64,000 nucleotides of DNA from NCBI GenBank assembly GCA_910578795.1, contig CAJTSD010000010.1, positions 10,898 to 74,897 on the forward strand. Direction: 5' to 3'. This document shows, piece after piece, positions 30,767-38,315 of this stretch. A program made the translations under genes and the position numbers. Each line of letters starts with the position of its first letter. The stretch's first letter is position 1. The DNA is from an uncultured Lachnospiraceae bacterium. Lineage in GTDB: Bacteria > Bacillota > Clostridia > Lachnospirales > Lachnospiraceae. The notes under the pieces are model-generated. The model was not told the origin of the DNA. It ran no database searches and worked only from the letters and a program-made list of their open reading frames with translations.

Positions 30767-30850
30767 ATGTCTGCAATATTTGATTTTTTGCTTTCTGTCG
30801 CGAGCAAAGTAGTCGCATACTTTGTTTGTAAGTGGCTGGATAGGAAGTAG
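30767..30850 (+). CDS. 27-aa hydrophobic peptide, candidate type I toxin
   Basis: MSAIFDFLLSVASKVVAYFVCKWLDRK: one TM-like helix plus a basic tail. Strong SD AGGAAGGAGG lies 10 nt upstream. Not in the ORF track because it is shorter than 60 aa. Confidence 0.4.
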   Translation: MSAIFDFLLSVASKVVAYFVCKWLDRK

Positions 30851-30871
30851 CGGCAACATCTAAGCCACACA

Positions 30872-30948
30872 CATGAAAATCCCCTAAGTAGTCGCAATAC
30901 TTAGGGGATTTGTGTTGTCTGCTCAATGTTTGCAATATTTTTATCGCT
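30872..30948 (-). ncRNA. candidate ~75-nt antisense sRNA (type I antitoxin candidate)
   Basis: Bounded by the promoter at 30955-30983 and the terminator at 30911-30877 plus a T-run. No ORF. Complementary to the 3' end of the peptide mRNA. Confidence 0.3.
30877..30911. terminator. bidirectional terminator (14-bp stem)
   Basis: aaatcccctaagta / tacttaggggattt with a 7-nt loop. TTTT follows on the - strand. It serves the - strand unit(s) from the right and the + strand peptide mRNA. Confidence 0.75.
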
Positions 30949-30954
30949 AGCGAC

Positions 30955-30983
30955 ATTATAGCATATGCAGATAAATAGTTCAA
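30955..30983 (-). promoter_or_regulatory. near-consensus - strand promoter immediately upstream of the terminator
   Basis: On the - strand: TTGAAC, 17-nt spacer, TATAAT with a TG extended -10 (tgctataat). A palindrome tcgctagcga sits at the predicted start site. Confidence 0.5.
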
Positions 30984-31001
30984 TATGCTAAATACAACAA
31001 A

Positions 31002-32015
31002 TTAGTATCCTCTTAAAAATTTTGATATCCATGAAGACTTTCTTGTGTTTTTATTTAGAGAAAGCTCGGAAAGATACTTTTTATAATTTTTTATAATAAT
31101 TTTTGTGTATGGAGAAGCGTCAAAGTAGGCAGATTTCATCATGTCATTAATTGCGGCTTCAAAGCTTTCTTTATCAAATATCACATTTTGCAAATTTATA
31201 TTTTCATATACCTCATCTATCATATGAGGAGAATAACATTCAGAATGATTAACAATTTTTAGAATAGTATTCTGAATGAAAAGTGTTTCTGTTTCATGAC
31301 TTAAAGTATTACATAAATAATCGCCTCCGCTTATAGCAATATGTTCTTTGTTTAAGTAAAAGGAATCCAATAAGTTGGTTGTAATACACAAGCTTATAAG
31401 GGCATATTTAAGAGCATCCTCTCGCATTTCCAACTTTTCACAAATTGTCGAAAGAAAGCTAAAATCGCAAGAAGTGATGTTGTTTGGAATTAATCTACCA
31501 ATGGTTCCATGTTTGATTTTATCTTGCATTACCAAATAAGCGGTTTCATAATATCTTTTTATGCCTTCGCCTGCTTTTCTGTATTTAAAATAATCTTCAA
31601 GACTTATCATATATTTCCAGTTTCTGTGCAATTCCTCTAAATCAATATTATCATTATAACGCGCTAACCCTTTTTCAGATAGAAAATATCGGTTGTCTAA
31701 ATTAAGTTGTAAGGTGATTTCGCGTTCGGTCATGACTGATAAAAGTCTTTCTATCAGTTCATCTTTCTTTCCAGTGACTTTCATTCCTTTTTGGGATAAA
31801 AATTCTTTTAGTTCTGTTACTTTGTAAGATATAAGGACTTCCTTAATGGTTGGTTTTCTAAGATAATCATTTTTTAAAAGCCATTTATCAAGTTTACTTG
31901 GGTTGGTTATTTTGCATTCGTTCGTATAGGCTGTTATGTATCCGTTTCCTATTTCTGCACCTTTTAAATGGTGGCTGAGTAATAGCTCTATTGCATATTC
32001 TTCATAAATATTCAT
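31002..32015 (-). CDS. SAP (HeH) domain-containing protein, function unknown; prophage accessory gene
   Basis: 337 aa. SAP motif TELKEFLSQKGMKVTGKKDELIERLL. The rest is helical. AT-rich. An extended -10 (tggtataat on the - strand, + coordinates 32049-32057) lies upstream. Confidence 0.6.
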   Translation of the reverse strand: MNIYEEYAIELLLSHHLKGAEIGNGYITAYTNECKITNPSKLDKWLLKNDYLRKPTIKEVLISYKVTELKEFLSQKGMKVTGKKDELIERLLSVMTEREITLQLNLDNRYFLSEKGLARYNDNIDLEELHRNWKYMISLEDYFKYRKAGEGIKRYYETAYLVMQDKIKHGTIGRLIPNNITSCDFSFLSTICEKLEMREDALKYALISLCITTNLLDSFYLNKEHIAISGGDYLCNTLSHETETLFIQNTILKIVNHSECYSPHMIDEVYENINLQNVIFDKESFEAAINDMMKSAYFDASPYTKIIIKNYKKYLSELSLNKNTRKSSWISKFLRGY

Positions 32016-32343
32016 ACGTACTCCTTTTTTGATTTTTAAATGTCATGAATTATACCATTCAGTGAATGACTACTTTATGTATCGTAAAAAGCATAGCATA
32101 TATTTTAATAACCATACAAGATTTATTAAGAAAATTGTAAAATAATATTTATGAAAACCGCAGTATGCAGTAAACTATGAAAATATGACGGTTATATTTT
32201 TGTGATTGTCGCTGAAATTTATGTCGAAAACAAGATATGAAAAAACGAGGGTGGAATTTATACCTTGCAAGATGATAAAATGCTTACATAAAGAAAATTC
32301 ATGTAAAGTTGATATTGCTAATTTAAAACAAAGGAGCGGTATT

Positions 32344-32457
32344 ATGAGAAATTGTAAAGAAAAGGTTATTGAACTTGTAAGGCAGATAGACGATGAAAGC
32401 TTTTTGAAAAAATTATACTATTTGATACTTGCAAACAAAAACAGGGTAGGGCGTTAG
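32344..32457 (+). CDS. small hypothetical protein (37 aa)
   Basis: The ATG at 32344 follows AAAGGAG. The longer ORF from 32206 lacks an SD. The 3' end overlaps the repressor gene stop by 4 nt. Confidence 0.3.
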   Translation: MRNCKEKVIELVRQIDDESFLKKLYYLILANKNRVGR

Positions 32458-32849
32458 TTCCTATCCTGTTGCTTTTTTAGTACGGATTTAATAAATTGTA
32501 CAACCGTTTTTTTATTGTCGTCGTTAAGTTCGGAATATGATTTTATAATATCCAAAATTATATCACGGAAAGAACTATCCACGCCATTCATTAGCAATTC
32601 TATGTATTCTATACCATTTTCCTCCGACAAGTCATAAACTGGATCAATCCCATCACGCAGCCATTCTTCACGAACATTAAATTCACGACATATTGATCTA
32701 AACATTTGGTCGGTTACACTACGTTCGCCTTTTTCGATCCTAGAAATAGCAGTCTTTGTCACACCAACATGTTCCCCAAATTTATCAAGAGTTAAATCAA
32801 GTGATTTTCGGAGTTGTTTAACTCTGTCATTAATAGTCAATTCAACCAC
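32454..32849 (-). CDS. CI-like prophage repressor (XRE-family HTH)
   Basis: HTH LTLDKFGEHVGVTKTAISRIEKGERSVT. 131 aa. GTG start after GGAGGTGG. Divergent from the early promoter. Confidence 0.85.
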   Translation of the reverse strand: MVELTINDRVKQLRKSLDLTLDKFGEHVGVTKTAISRIEKGERSVTDQMFRSICREFNVREEWLRDGIDPVYDLSEENGIEYIELLMNGVDSSFRDIILDIIKSYSELNDDNKKTVVQFIKSVLKKQQDRN

Positions 32850-32895
32850 CTCCTAGTGTATAGGATACCATGATAAATAAAAAAAGTAAATAAAA

Positions 32896-32965
32896 ATGTA
32901 ACCAACGGCAACAAAAAAGTATTGACATAGTGACCGACGGTGATTATAATGTAACCAAAGACAAC
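32896..32965 (+). promoter_or_regulatory. early rightward promoter with two operator repeats
   Basis: TTGACA (32922-32927), 17-nt spacer, TATAAT (32945-32950). Direct repeats AATGTAACCAAcGgCAAC (about 32895-32912) and AATGTAACCAAaGaCAAC (32948-32965); the second overlaps the -10. Confidence 0.65.
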
Positions 32966-32991
32966 GCCAAAAGGGAAGGAGGATGTTAAAC

Positions 32992-33165
32992 ATGGCAGCA
33001 GTAACAATGGAAAAACAAACAACACCAAAAGACGAGACAACCCTTGAAAGCATCAAGGAAAGCTTACTAAAACTTGATGAAACGTCCTTGCATGAAGTTT
33101 CGCAGGTAGTCAATTCGTTCTTAGTAGTTCAAAAAGTAAAAAGCGGATTGGAAAAGGTTGGATAA
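32992..33165 (+). CDS. small early protein in the Cro position
   Basis: First ORF after the early promoter. The ATG at 32992 lies 9 nt after GGAGG. 57 aa. No clear HTH seen. Confidence 0.45.
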   Translation: MAAVTMEKQTTPKDETTLESIKESLLKLDETSLHEVSQVVNSFLVVQKVKSGLEKVG

Positions 33166-33193
33166 AAAGCACAGCCGGCAAAAGCTCAAAACT

Positions 33194-33218
33194 AGTAGTG
33201 AAGTAGAAGGGAGGTGAG
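33194..33218. repeat. left cassette repeat, copy 1 (SD-containing)
   Basis: agtagtgaagtagaagggaggtgag, identical to 33867-33891. Confidence 0.9.
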
Positions 33219-33222
33219 GGAG

Positions 33223-33417
33223 ATGAATCGGCAAAGAAAGAAGGCTGCTAAAGGACAGCCTAAATTCAAAATAACAAAAATGGTTGAAAATATAAGTGAT
33301 TGGATTAAGTGGAACACATCACCAATAGTAATCTTATCACTCACGGCACTTGTGATTAGTATTGTATCGGCTATTTTAACGACAGGTACACTAATACAAT
33401 ATTTGATAACACACTAA
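33223..33417 (+). CDS. small membrane protein (64 aa)
   Basis: Basic N-terminus and a C-terminal TM helix (IVILSLTALVISIVSAILTTGTLI). Its SD is supplied by the left repeat. Confidence 0.4.
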   Translation: MNRQRKKAAKGQPKFKITKMVENISDWIKWNTSPIVILSLTALVISIVSAILTTGTLIQYLITH

Positions 33418-33748
33418 GCAGACTGACCAAGATAGCTGCAATTGAACTAAATTTTGCAAAACGGGCGTTTTTAAGAGCGTTTGAAGCGTAAAGGCTATTT
33501 AAAAATTCATATCCTGATATGGTAAGCCCAGGTTTTATTAAATGCTCAAAATGTGGTGTAGCACTTGCATCACGGTAGGCATCAATAAAATTAATATATC
33601 CCTTTTCATAGCATTGGTAAATAAATTCCTGTATTTCTACTTGTGAATATTCTTTAACGTCTAATTCATTTACATTAGTTATGCTAGGAATTTGCGTCAA
33701 TATTTTAATAGCCATTCCGGTAAAGTGGTCATAAGAAGATTTAGACAT
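33371..33748 (-). CDS. hypothetical protein with C-terminal TM helix
   Basis: The ATG at 33748 (MSKSS...) lies 11 nt after AAAGGAG. The soluble N-domain may be a winged helix. C-terminal helix FSSIAAILVSLLSVLSNIVLVYL. The 3' end overlaps 33223..33417 by 47 nt. Confidence 0.5.
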   Translation of the reverse strand: MSKSSYDHFTGMAIKILTQIPSITNVNELDVKEYSQVEIQEFIYQCYEKGYINFIDAYRDASATPHFEHLIKPGLTISGYEFLNSLYASNALKNARFAKFSSIAAILVSLLSVLSNIVLVYLSLK

Positions 33749-33760
33749 TACATTGAATTC

Positions 33761-33831
33761 TCCTTTCATATGTACTCGGCTGTTGGCGCAGCCTGTAAGA
33801 AAAGTATAGGAGAAAAGTGAGAAAAGTTCAA
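33761..33831. repeat. right cassette repeat, copy 1 (promoter + leader of the - strand gene)
   Basis: About 85% identical to 34340-34410. On the - strand: TTGAAC, 17-nt spacer, TATACT, then a leader with hairpin GGCTG-n6-CAGCC and an AAAGGA SD. Confidence 0.8.
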
Positions 33832-33866
33832 TTAAAAATCCCGGTGCAGCAAAAGCAACCGGAACC

Positions 33867-33891
33867 AGTAGTGAAGTAGAAGGGAGGTGAG
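33867..33891. repeat. left cassette repeat, copy 2
   Basis: Identical 25-mer to 33194-33218. Precedes the GTG at 33900. Confidence 0.9.
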
Positions 33892-33899
33892 AGAAGACA

Positions 33900-34121
33900 G
33901 TGGAATATCCGAAAGAGCCTCAATTTTATCCTGATAAACAGCAAATTATTTTTACAGGAGATAAAAATAATAGTACGCTCCAAAGCATTGACGGTACTTT
34001 GAAGCGTATCGAAACTATTCTTCTCGATTTTCAGAAGAAAGAGTGTTATTCACCATTGAAGATTTTACAAGATGCAGTTGCGGTTTCACTTTCAGAGACG
34101 AAAGCAATTCAGGAGAAATGA
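33900..34121 (+). CDS. hypothetical small protein (73 aa)
   Basis: The GTG start lies 9 nt after the GGAGGTGAG of the repeat. Overlaps the convergent ORF 34015..34332 by 107 nt, so one of the two may be spurious. Confidence 0.3.
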   Translation: MEYPKEPQFYPDKQQIIFTGDKNNSTLQSIDGTLKRIETILLDFQKKECYSPLKILQDAVAVSLSETKAIQEK

Positions 34122-34332
34122 TATTCATTTCAACAAGGGTATTTATTACAACTTGTGCGGAAATATTTGCAGATATACTCATGGATTGTAAAAACATATG
34201 TGCGTATACTTCTTGCTCTGTCATATCTTCTGTTGCACCTTTAAAAAGTTGTTCTTGAATAAGTTCTTTTGATAAATCGAAAGACTCGCCTATTTGTCGA
34301 GAAATTAAGTTGTGCAATTCTTCTGTTGTCAT
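34015..34332 (-). CDS. hypothetical protein (105 aa)
   Basis: The ATG at 34332 follows the repeated leader. Acidic and helical. No motif recognised. Confidence 0.45.
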   Translation of the reverse strand: MTTEELHNLISRQIGESFDLSKELIQEQLFKGATEDMTEQEVYAHMFLQSMSISANISAQVVINTLVEMNIISPELLSSLKVKPQLHLVKSSMVNNTLSSENREE

Positions 34333-34339
34333 CCCGTGT

Positions 34340-34410
34340 TCCTTTCATATGTACTCGACTGCTGCAACAGCCTGTAAGAACAGTATAAGGAAGATAACAG
34401 AAAAAGACAA
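34340..34410. repeat. right cassette repeat, copy 2
   Basis: On the - strand: TTGTCT, 17-nt spacer, TATACT plus the conserved leader. The -35 lies inside the palindrome agacaac-a-gttgtct (34405-34419). Confidence 0.8.
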
Positions 34411-34646
34411 CAGTTGTCTGAAAATACCGTGCGTAGAAATTGACGAAAAAGGATCGAATTTCCAAACGGAAAGTAGAAAACTATGAAAACTGAATTATAA
34501 GAAAGACAATGCGTCTTGTGCGTGGTGTGTTCCTCAACACATCACACTAACTCCCCTTAGCTAATATGTGATGCATCGTTACCGGTGCATCACGCACAGG
34601 GCGCATTTTATAAAAAAAACACTCGGCAGCAGAAAGGAGCGAAAAC

Positions 34647-34907
34647 ATGGTAAGAGGATTCAAACCGGAAGCAACACAGAGAAACGAAGATTTTGCCCGC
34701 ATTGTAAGGACAAAATTAGTCGAGCATGAAATATCGCGTGATAAAATCATGAAGATTACGGGAATAGCTTCAACGACATTATCACACCGATTCTATTCCA
34801 AAAAAACAAGCCCGGAGCCGGACTTGATGACAGTAAAAGAACTGCGCGCGTACTGCAAGATATTGAAACTGTCTGATGAAGATATCCTGAATTTTATAAA
34901 GGGATAA
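34647..34907 (+). CDS. hypothetical early protein, possibly HTH
   Basis: 86 aa. SD AAAGGAG. The segment KIMKITGIASTTLSHRF looks like an HTH. Confidence 0.5.
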   Translation: MVRGFKPEATQRNEDFARIVRTKLVEHEISRDKIMKITGIASTTLSHRFYSKKTSPEPDLMTVKELRAYCKILKLSDEDILNFIKG

Positions 34908-35049
34908 GGCGGACGCATGGAAAATATTGACGGAAACATATATGAGACATACACGTGAAAATGCATAAAATACACAGCATTTTGGCACAGTGTTTTTATT
35001 TTTTGCCTTTTTCGCGGAAAAACAGGACAGAAAAGAGAGAAAGGAAGCA

Positions 35050-35463
35050 ATGAAAATGGCTAAAGAAACAAAGAAAACAGAGGAACTGACGGGCGTATGC
35101 CGGTACTGCTGCCAAACGCGGATCGTGAAAGGAAGCGCCGGCATGACGGACGAGCAGTTAACGGAAGCAGCGACGCTTTCATGTGGCTGCGAGGCTGCAG
35201 TTTATTATCAGGAAAAAACTCGTCGTGAAAAGGCAGCAAAAAAACGTGTTGATGAACTGTTCGGCGAAGCGGCCAGCGGGTTTAATCAAGACGAGGCTGT
35301 CCTCAACTTCATGAAACAGGGAATAGACCTGATTAATGACGGGAAAATCAGGAATTTAACCCTGAACCTCAACAAAGGCCTGAAAAGTAAAATTGCAGTT
35401 ATGACAGATGACAAGATAAAAGTTTCACGGGAGGTAAAATCCGTAGTGGAGTTCAAGCAGTAG
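35050..35463 (+). CDS. hypothetical early protein (Cys-rich N-terminus)
   Basis: The ATG at 35050 follows GAAAGGAAG. CRYCC...CGC cysteine cluster. Confidence 0.5.
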   Translation: MKMAKETKKTEELTGVCRYCCQTRIVKGSAGMTDEQLTEAATLSCGCEAAVYYQEKTRREKAAKKRVDELFGEAASGFNQDEAVLNFMKQGIDLINDGKIRNLTLNLNKGLKSKIAVMTDDKIKVSREVKSVVEFKQ

Positions 35464-35475
35464 GAGGTATGACGG

Positions 35476-35730
35476 ATGGAAAGCCGGATTTGCGACACAG
35501 ATGAAGACCTGGAATATAAGAAAGCGATCAGGGAGTTTTACCAAATATACAATTCCCTGAAGAAAAAACGCGCGTTAAGGATGCATGGTCACTCTGACCT
35601 GAAAAGTGCCCTGATAGAGATATGGGAATACAAGAACAACGGGGAAATAAAGACCATATGCAGGGTAAAAGCTGAAAATTCGTTAGAGTGCCATAAGATA
35701 GCAGCGGATTTTTTGAAGAAGGAACAGTAA
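35476..35730 (+). CDS. hypothetical early protein
   Basis: 84 aa. SD TAGGAGG. Confidence 0.5.
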   Translation: MESRICDTDEDLEYKKAIREFYQIYNSLKKKRALRMHGHSDLKSALIEIWEYKNNGEIKTICRVKAENSLECHKIAADFLKKEQ

Positions 35731-35911
35731 ACAGCGCTGAATATAAGGGCACAGCAGGGGTGACGGTACCGCAGTGGTTTGCTGATAAAGACACCGGCAG
35801 CACAATGCTGACATTAATTAAAGCCGCAACGGCTTTGGAGCTTGTATATAAGTATTAACGTTATGGACAAAGCAGCCAGGCAGAAAAAGTGAAAGAGGAT
35901 CGTGAGGGCGG

Positions 35912-36841
35912 ATGATAAGAAAGAAAACAGTCCACCGTGAAAAAGGAACCATAAGACAGAAAATAATCCACTGTGGAAAAGGGACTAAAACAAGATACCG
36001 GGAGATCGACATCTACTACTACAAGAAGACTGTAAGGGGCAGGGGGGAACGGAAGAACAAAAGCAGGCCCGAACAGGAAAAGCTGAATGATAAAAATGCA
36101 AGGCGGTACATCAACCAGCTTGTGAAAGCAAATTTCTTTGAGAATGATTACCGCGTCGATCTGACGTATGATGATGAACATCTCCCAAGAAATGAACAGG
36201 AAGCAAACAAGCTGGTTAATAATTTCCTCAAGAAGATTAAAAGAGAGCGGGCAAAGCTTGGACTGGGACCATTAAGGTACATATGGATAAACGAAGGATT
36301 TGACGGAGAGGGAAGACCGCACCACCATCTTCTGATTAACGGTGGACTAAGCAGAGACGCTATAGAAGGCATGTGGGTAAAAGGCAGGGGGAAGAATGCA
36401 AAACAGATAGGGTACACATGTGCGGAGCGCCTCCACTTTAACAACGAAGGCATCGTCGGCCTTGTTAAATACATGACAAAGCAGGCACTTAAAGAAGAGA
36501 ACAGGAAATCGGGAGCTACAGAAGGACAGCTCACCCTTGCGGATGCGTCGGATGGAGATATCACAATGGCGGACCTGCTGGGCGATGGTGTTCCGGGTGG
36601 GAAGAAACGCTGGAAGCAGTCCAAGAATTTAGTAAAGCCTCATGAAAGGACAAGGGACAGGGCATACAGCAATAAAGAGATACGGAAGGTCATAAGCTGC
36701 CCTCCCGACTGCGAGGACACCAAAAGGCTGTTCGAAAGCAGATACAAAGGGTACGCGCTTGACACATGCCGTTTCGAACATAATGAGGTAACCGGTTTAT
36801 GGAGCATCTATTTAACCATGCACAGAAAAGAAGACGGATAG
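35912..36841 (+). CDS. HUH-superfamily rolling-circle replication initiator-like protein
   Basis: Three RCR motifs at canonical spacing: I RVDLTYD (aa 81-87), II PHHHLLI (aa 136-142), III GLVKYMTKQ (aa 183-191). Confidence 0.6.
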   Translation: MIRKKTVHREKGTIRQKIIHCGKGTKTRYREIDIYYYKKTVRGRGERKNKSRPEQEKLNDKNARRYINQLVKANFFENDYRVDLTYDDEHLPRNEQEANKLVNNFLKKIKRERAKLGLGPLRYIWINEGFDGEGRPHHHLLINGGLSRDAIEGMWVKGRGKNAKQIGYTCAERLHFNNEGIVGLVKYMTKQALKEENRKSGATEGQLTLADASDGDITMADLLGDGVPGGKKRWKQSKNLVKPHERTRDRAYSNKEIRKVISCPPDCEDTKRLFESRYKGYALDTCRFEHNEVTGLWSIYLTMHRKEDG

Positions 36842-36855
36842 AACAGAAAAACAGG

Positions 36856-36875
36856 TTATCCACATATGTGGATAA
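36856..36875. promoter_or_regulatory. inverted pair of perfect DnaA boxes
   Basis: TTATCCACA-TA-TGTGGATAA, a 20-bp perfect palindrome. A third 7/9 box, TGTTCCACA, lies at 36891-36899. Confidence 0.7.
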
Positions 36876-36932
36876 GTGCCCTGCGGTTAGTGTTCCACAA
36901 ATCGGAAAGGGTTTCGAGGGAAGGTGAAAAAC

Positions 36933-37412
36933 ATGTTTAAAGTGAATGTATACATAGAGACGGATAAAAGCGGTGTAAAAAACCAGTACAGGGCATATGC
37001 CTCCATAGTCGAATTTATAACCAAAAACGGAGAACCCCTGACAAGGGAGGCGTACGGTGTTGAAAAAGCAACCGGGAACAGGATTATGCTGGTCGCACTC
37101 ACTTCCGCACTGGGCATACTGACAAAGCCCTGTGAGGCAACCATATACATGGACTGCCCGTATGTTACCGAAACCATCCGCAAGGGCAGGATGTATGAAT
37201 GGCTTTCCAACGGCTGGAAGACTATAAGAGGCGAGCCGATTGCAAACCGTGAAGAATGGGAGAAGGTCATAAAACTTACGGAAAGGCATAATATTGCTTT
37301 TGCCGCTGCAAAGAAACATTCCTACAGTGACAGGCTGCAGTACGATATCAGGAAACTCATGGGTCAGAACTGGCAGCAGGAGATAGGAGGTGAGGGATTT
37401 AATGGGAATTAA
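36933..37412 (+). CDS. RNase H-like protein
   Basis: RNase HI-like pattern ATGNRIMLVALTSALGIL...ATIYMDCPYV...WLSNGWKTIRGEPIANREEWEKV. Confidence 0.6.
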   Translation: MFKVNVYIETDKSGVKNQYRAYASIVEFITKNGEPLTREAYGVEKATGNRIMLVALTSALGILTKPCEATIYMDCPYVTETIRKGRMYEWLSNGWKTIRGEPIANREEWEKVIKLTERHNIAFAAAKKHSYSDRLQYDIRKLMGQNWQQEIGGEGFNGN

Positions 37413-37472
37413 GATGACAATATTGTTATCAGGATTTGAGGAATACCATAATCAGAAAGAGCAGGAAATGCC

Positions 37473-38315
37473 ATGAATGCAATTGTAAAATATCCAGGAA
37501 GCAAATGGGCTTTAGCAAACTGGATTATAAGCCACTTCCCAAAGCATCACAGCTATTTGGAACCATTTTTCGGAAGTGGGGCCGTACTTTTTAATAAACC
37601 TCGGTCTAATATTGAGACAGTGAATGACTTGGATAATAATGTCGTAAATTTGTTTACTTGGATTAAAGATGATCCGGAAAGATTGGCGTATGAGATATAT
37701 TATACACCATATGCGCGGCAGGTATATGAAGATGCTTACACAGCGGTACCAGGAAATAGTTTGGAGAAAGCAGTCAATTTTTGTATAAAACTCAATATGG
37801 GACATGGTTTTAGAACTAATGGGGAAAGAGTCGGATGGAAGAATGATATTCAAGGTAGAGAACGTGCCTATGCGTTACAGGGCTGGCATAATCTTCCTGA
37901 TAAAATTATCCAGGCAGCAAAGCGGCTTCGGGAAGTACAGATTGAGAATAGACCGGCAATTGAAATTATAAGTCGATTTAATTTCGAAAGCGTGCTGATA
38001 TACTGCGATCCGCCATATATGCTTAAAACCCGGCATGGAAAACAATATAGGTACGAAATGAATGACAGTGATCATGAAGAACTGCTGAAAATTCTTTTAA
38101 TGCATAAAGGTCCAGTCTTGATAAGCGGATATGATACAGAGTTATACAAAGATATGCTTGACGGCTGGATAAGTGAGGAAAAAATAATATATACTCAATC
38201 GCGTTCTAAAAAGAAAGAAATCCTTTGGATGAACTTCGAACCGACTATACAGATGACGCTTACAGATATGCAAAGTGAAGGCAGCAGTTTTTTTGGCGGA
38301 AAGGAAAAATTATGA
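37473..38315 (+). CDS. dam: DNA adenine methyltransferase (Dam / D12 class)
   Basis: VKYPGSKW, SAM motif EPFFGSGAV, catalytic DPPY (IYCDPPYM). Confidence 0.9.
   Translation: MNAIVKYPGSKWALANWIISHFPKHHSYLEPFFGSGAVLFNKPRSNIETVNDLDNNVVNLFTWIKDDPERLAYEIYYTPYARQVYEDAYTAVPGNSLEKAVNFCIKLNMGHGFRTNGERVGWKNDIQGRERAYALQGWHNLPDKIIQAAKRLREVQIENRPAIEIISRFNFESVLIYCDPPYMLKTRHGKQYRYEMNDSDHEELLKILLMHKGPVLISGYDTELYKDMLDGWISEEKIIYTQSRSKKKEILWMNFEPTIQMTLTDMQSEGSSFFGGKEKL

Noticed and set aside
35461-35478. TAG read-through between 35050..35463 and 35476..35730 (same frame)
   Set aside because: An in-frame TGA follows two codons after the TAG, and the next gene has its own SD (TAGGAGG).
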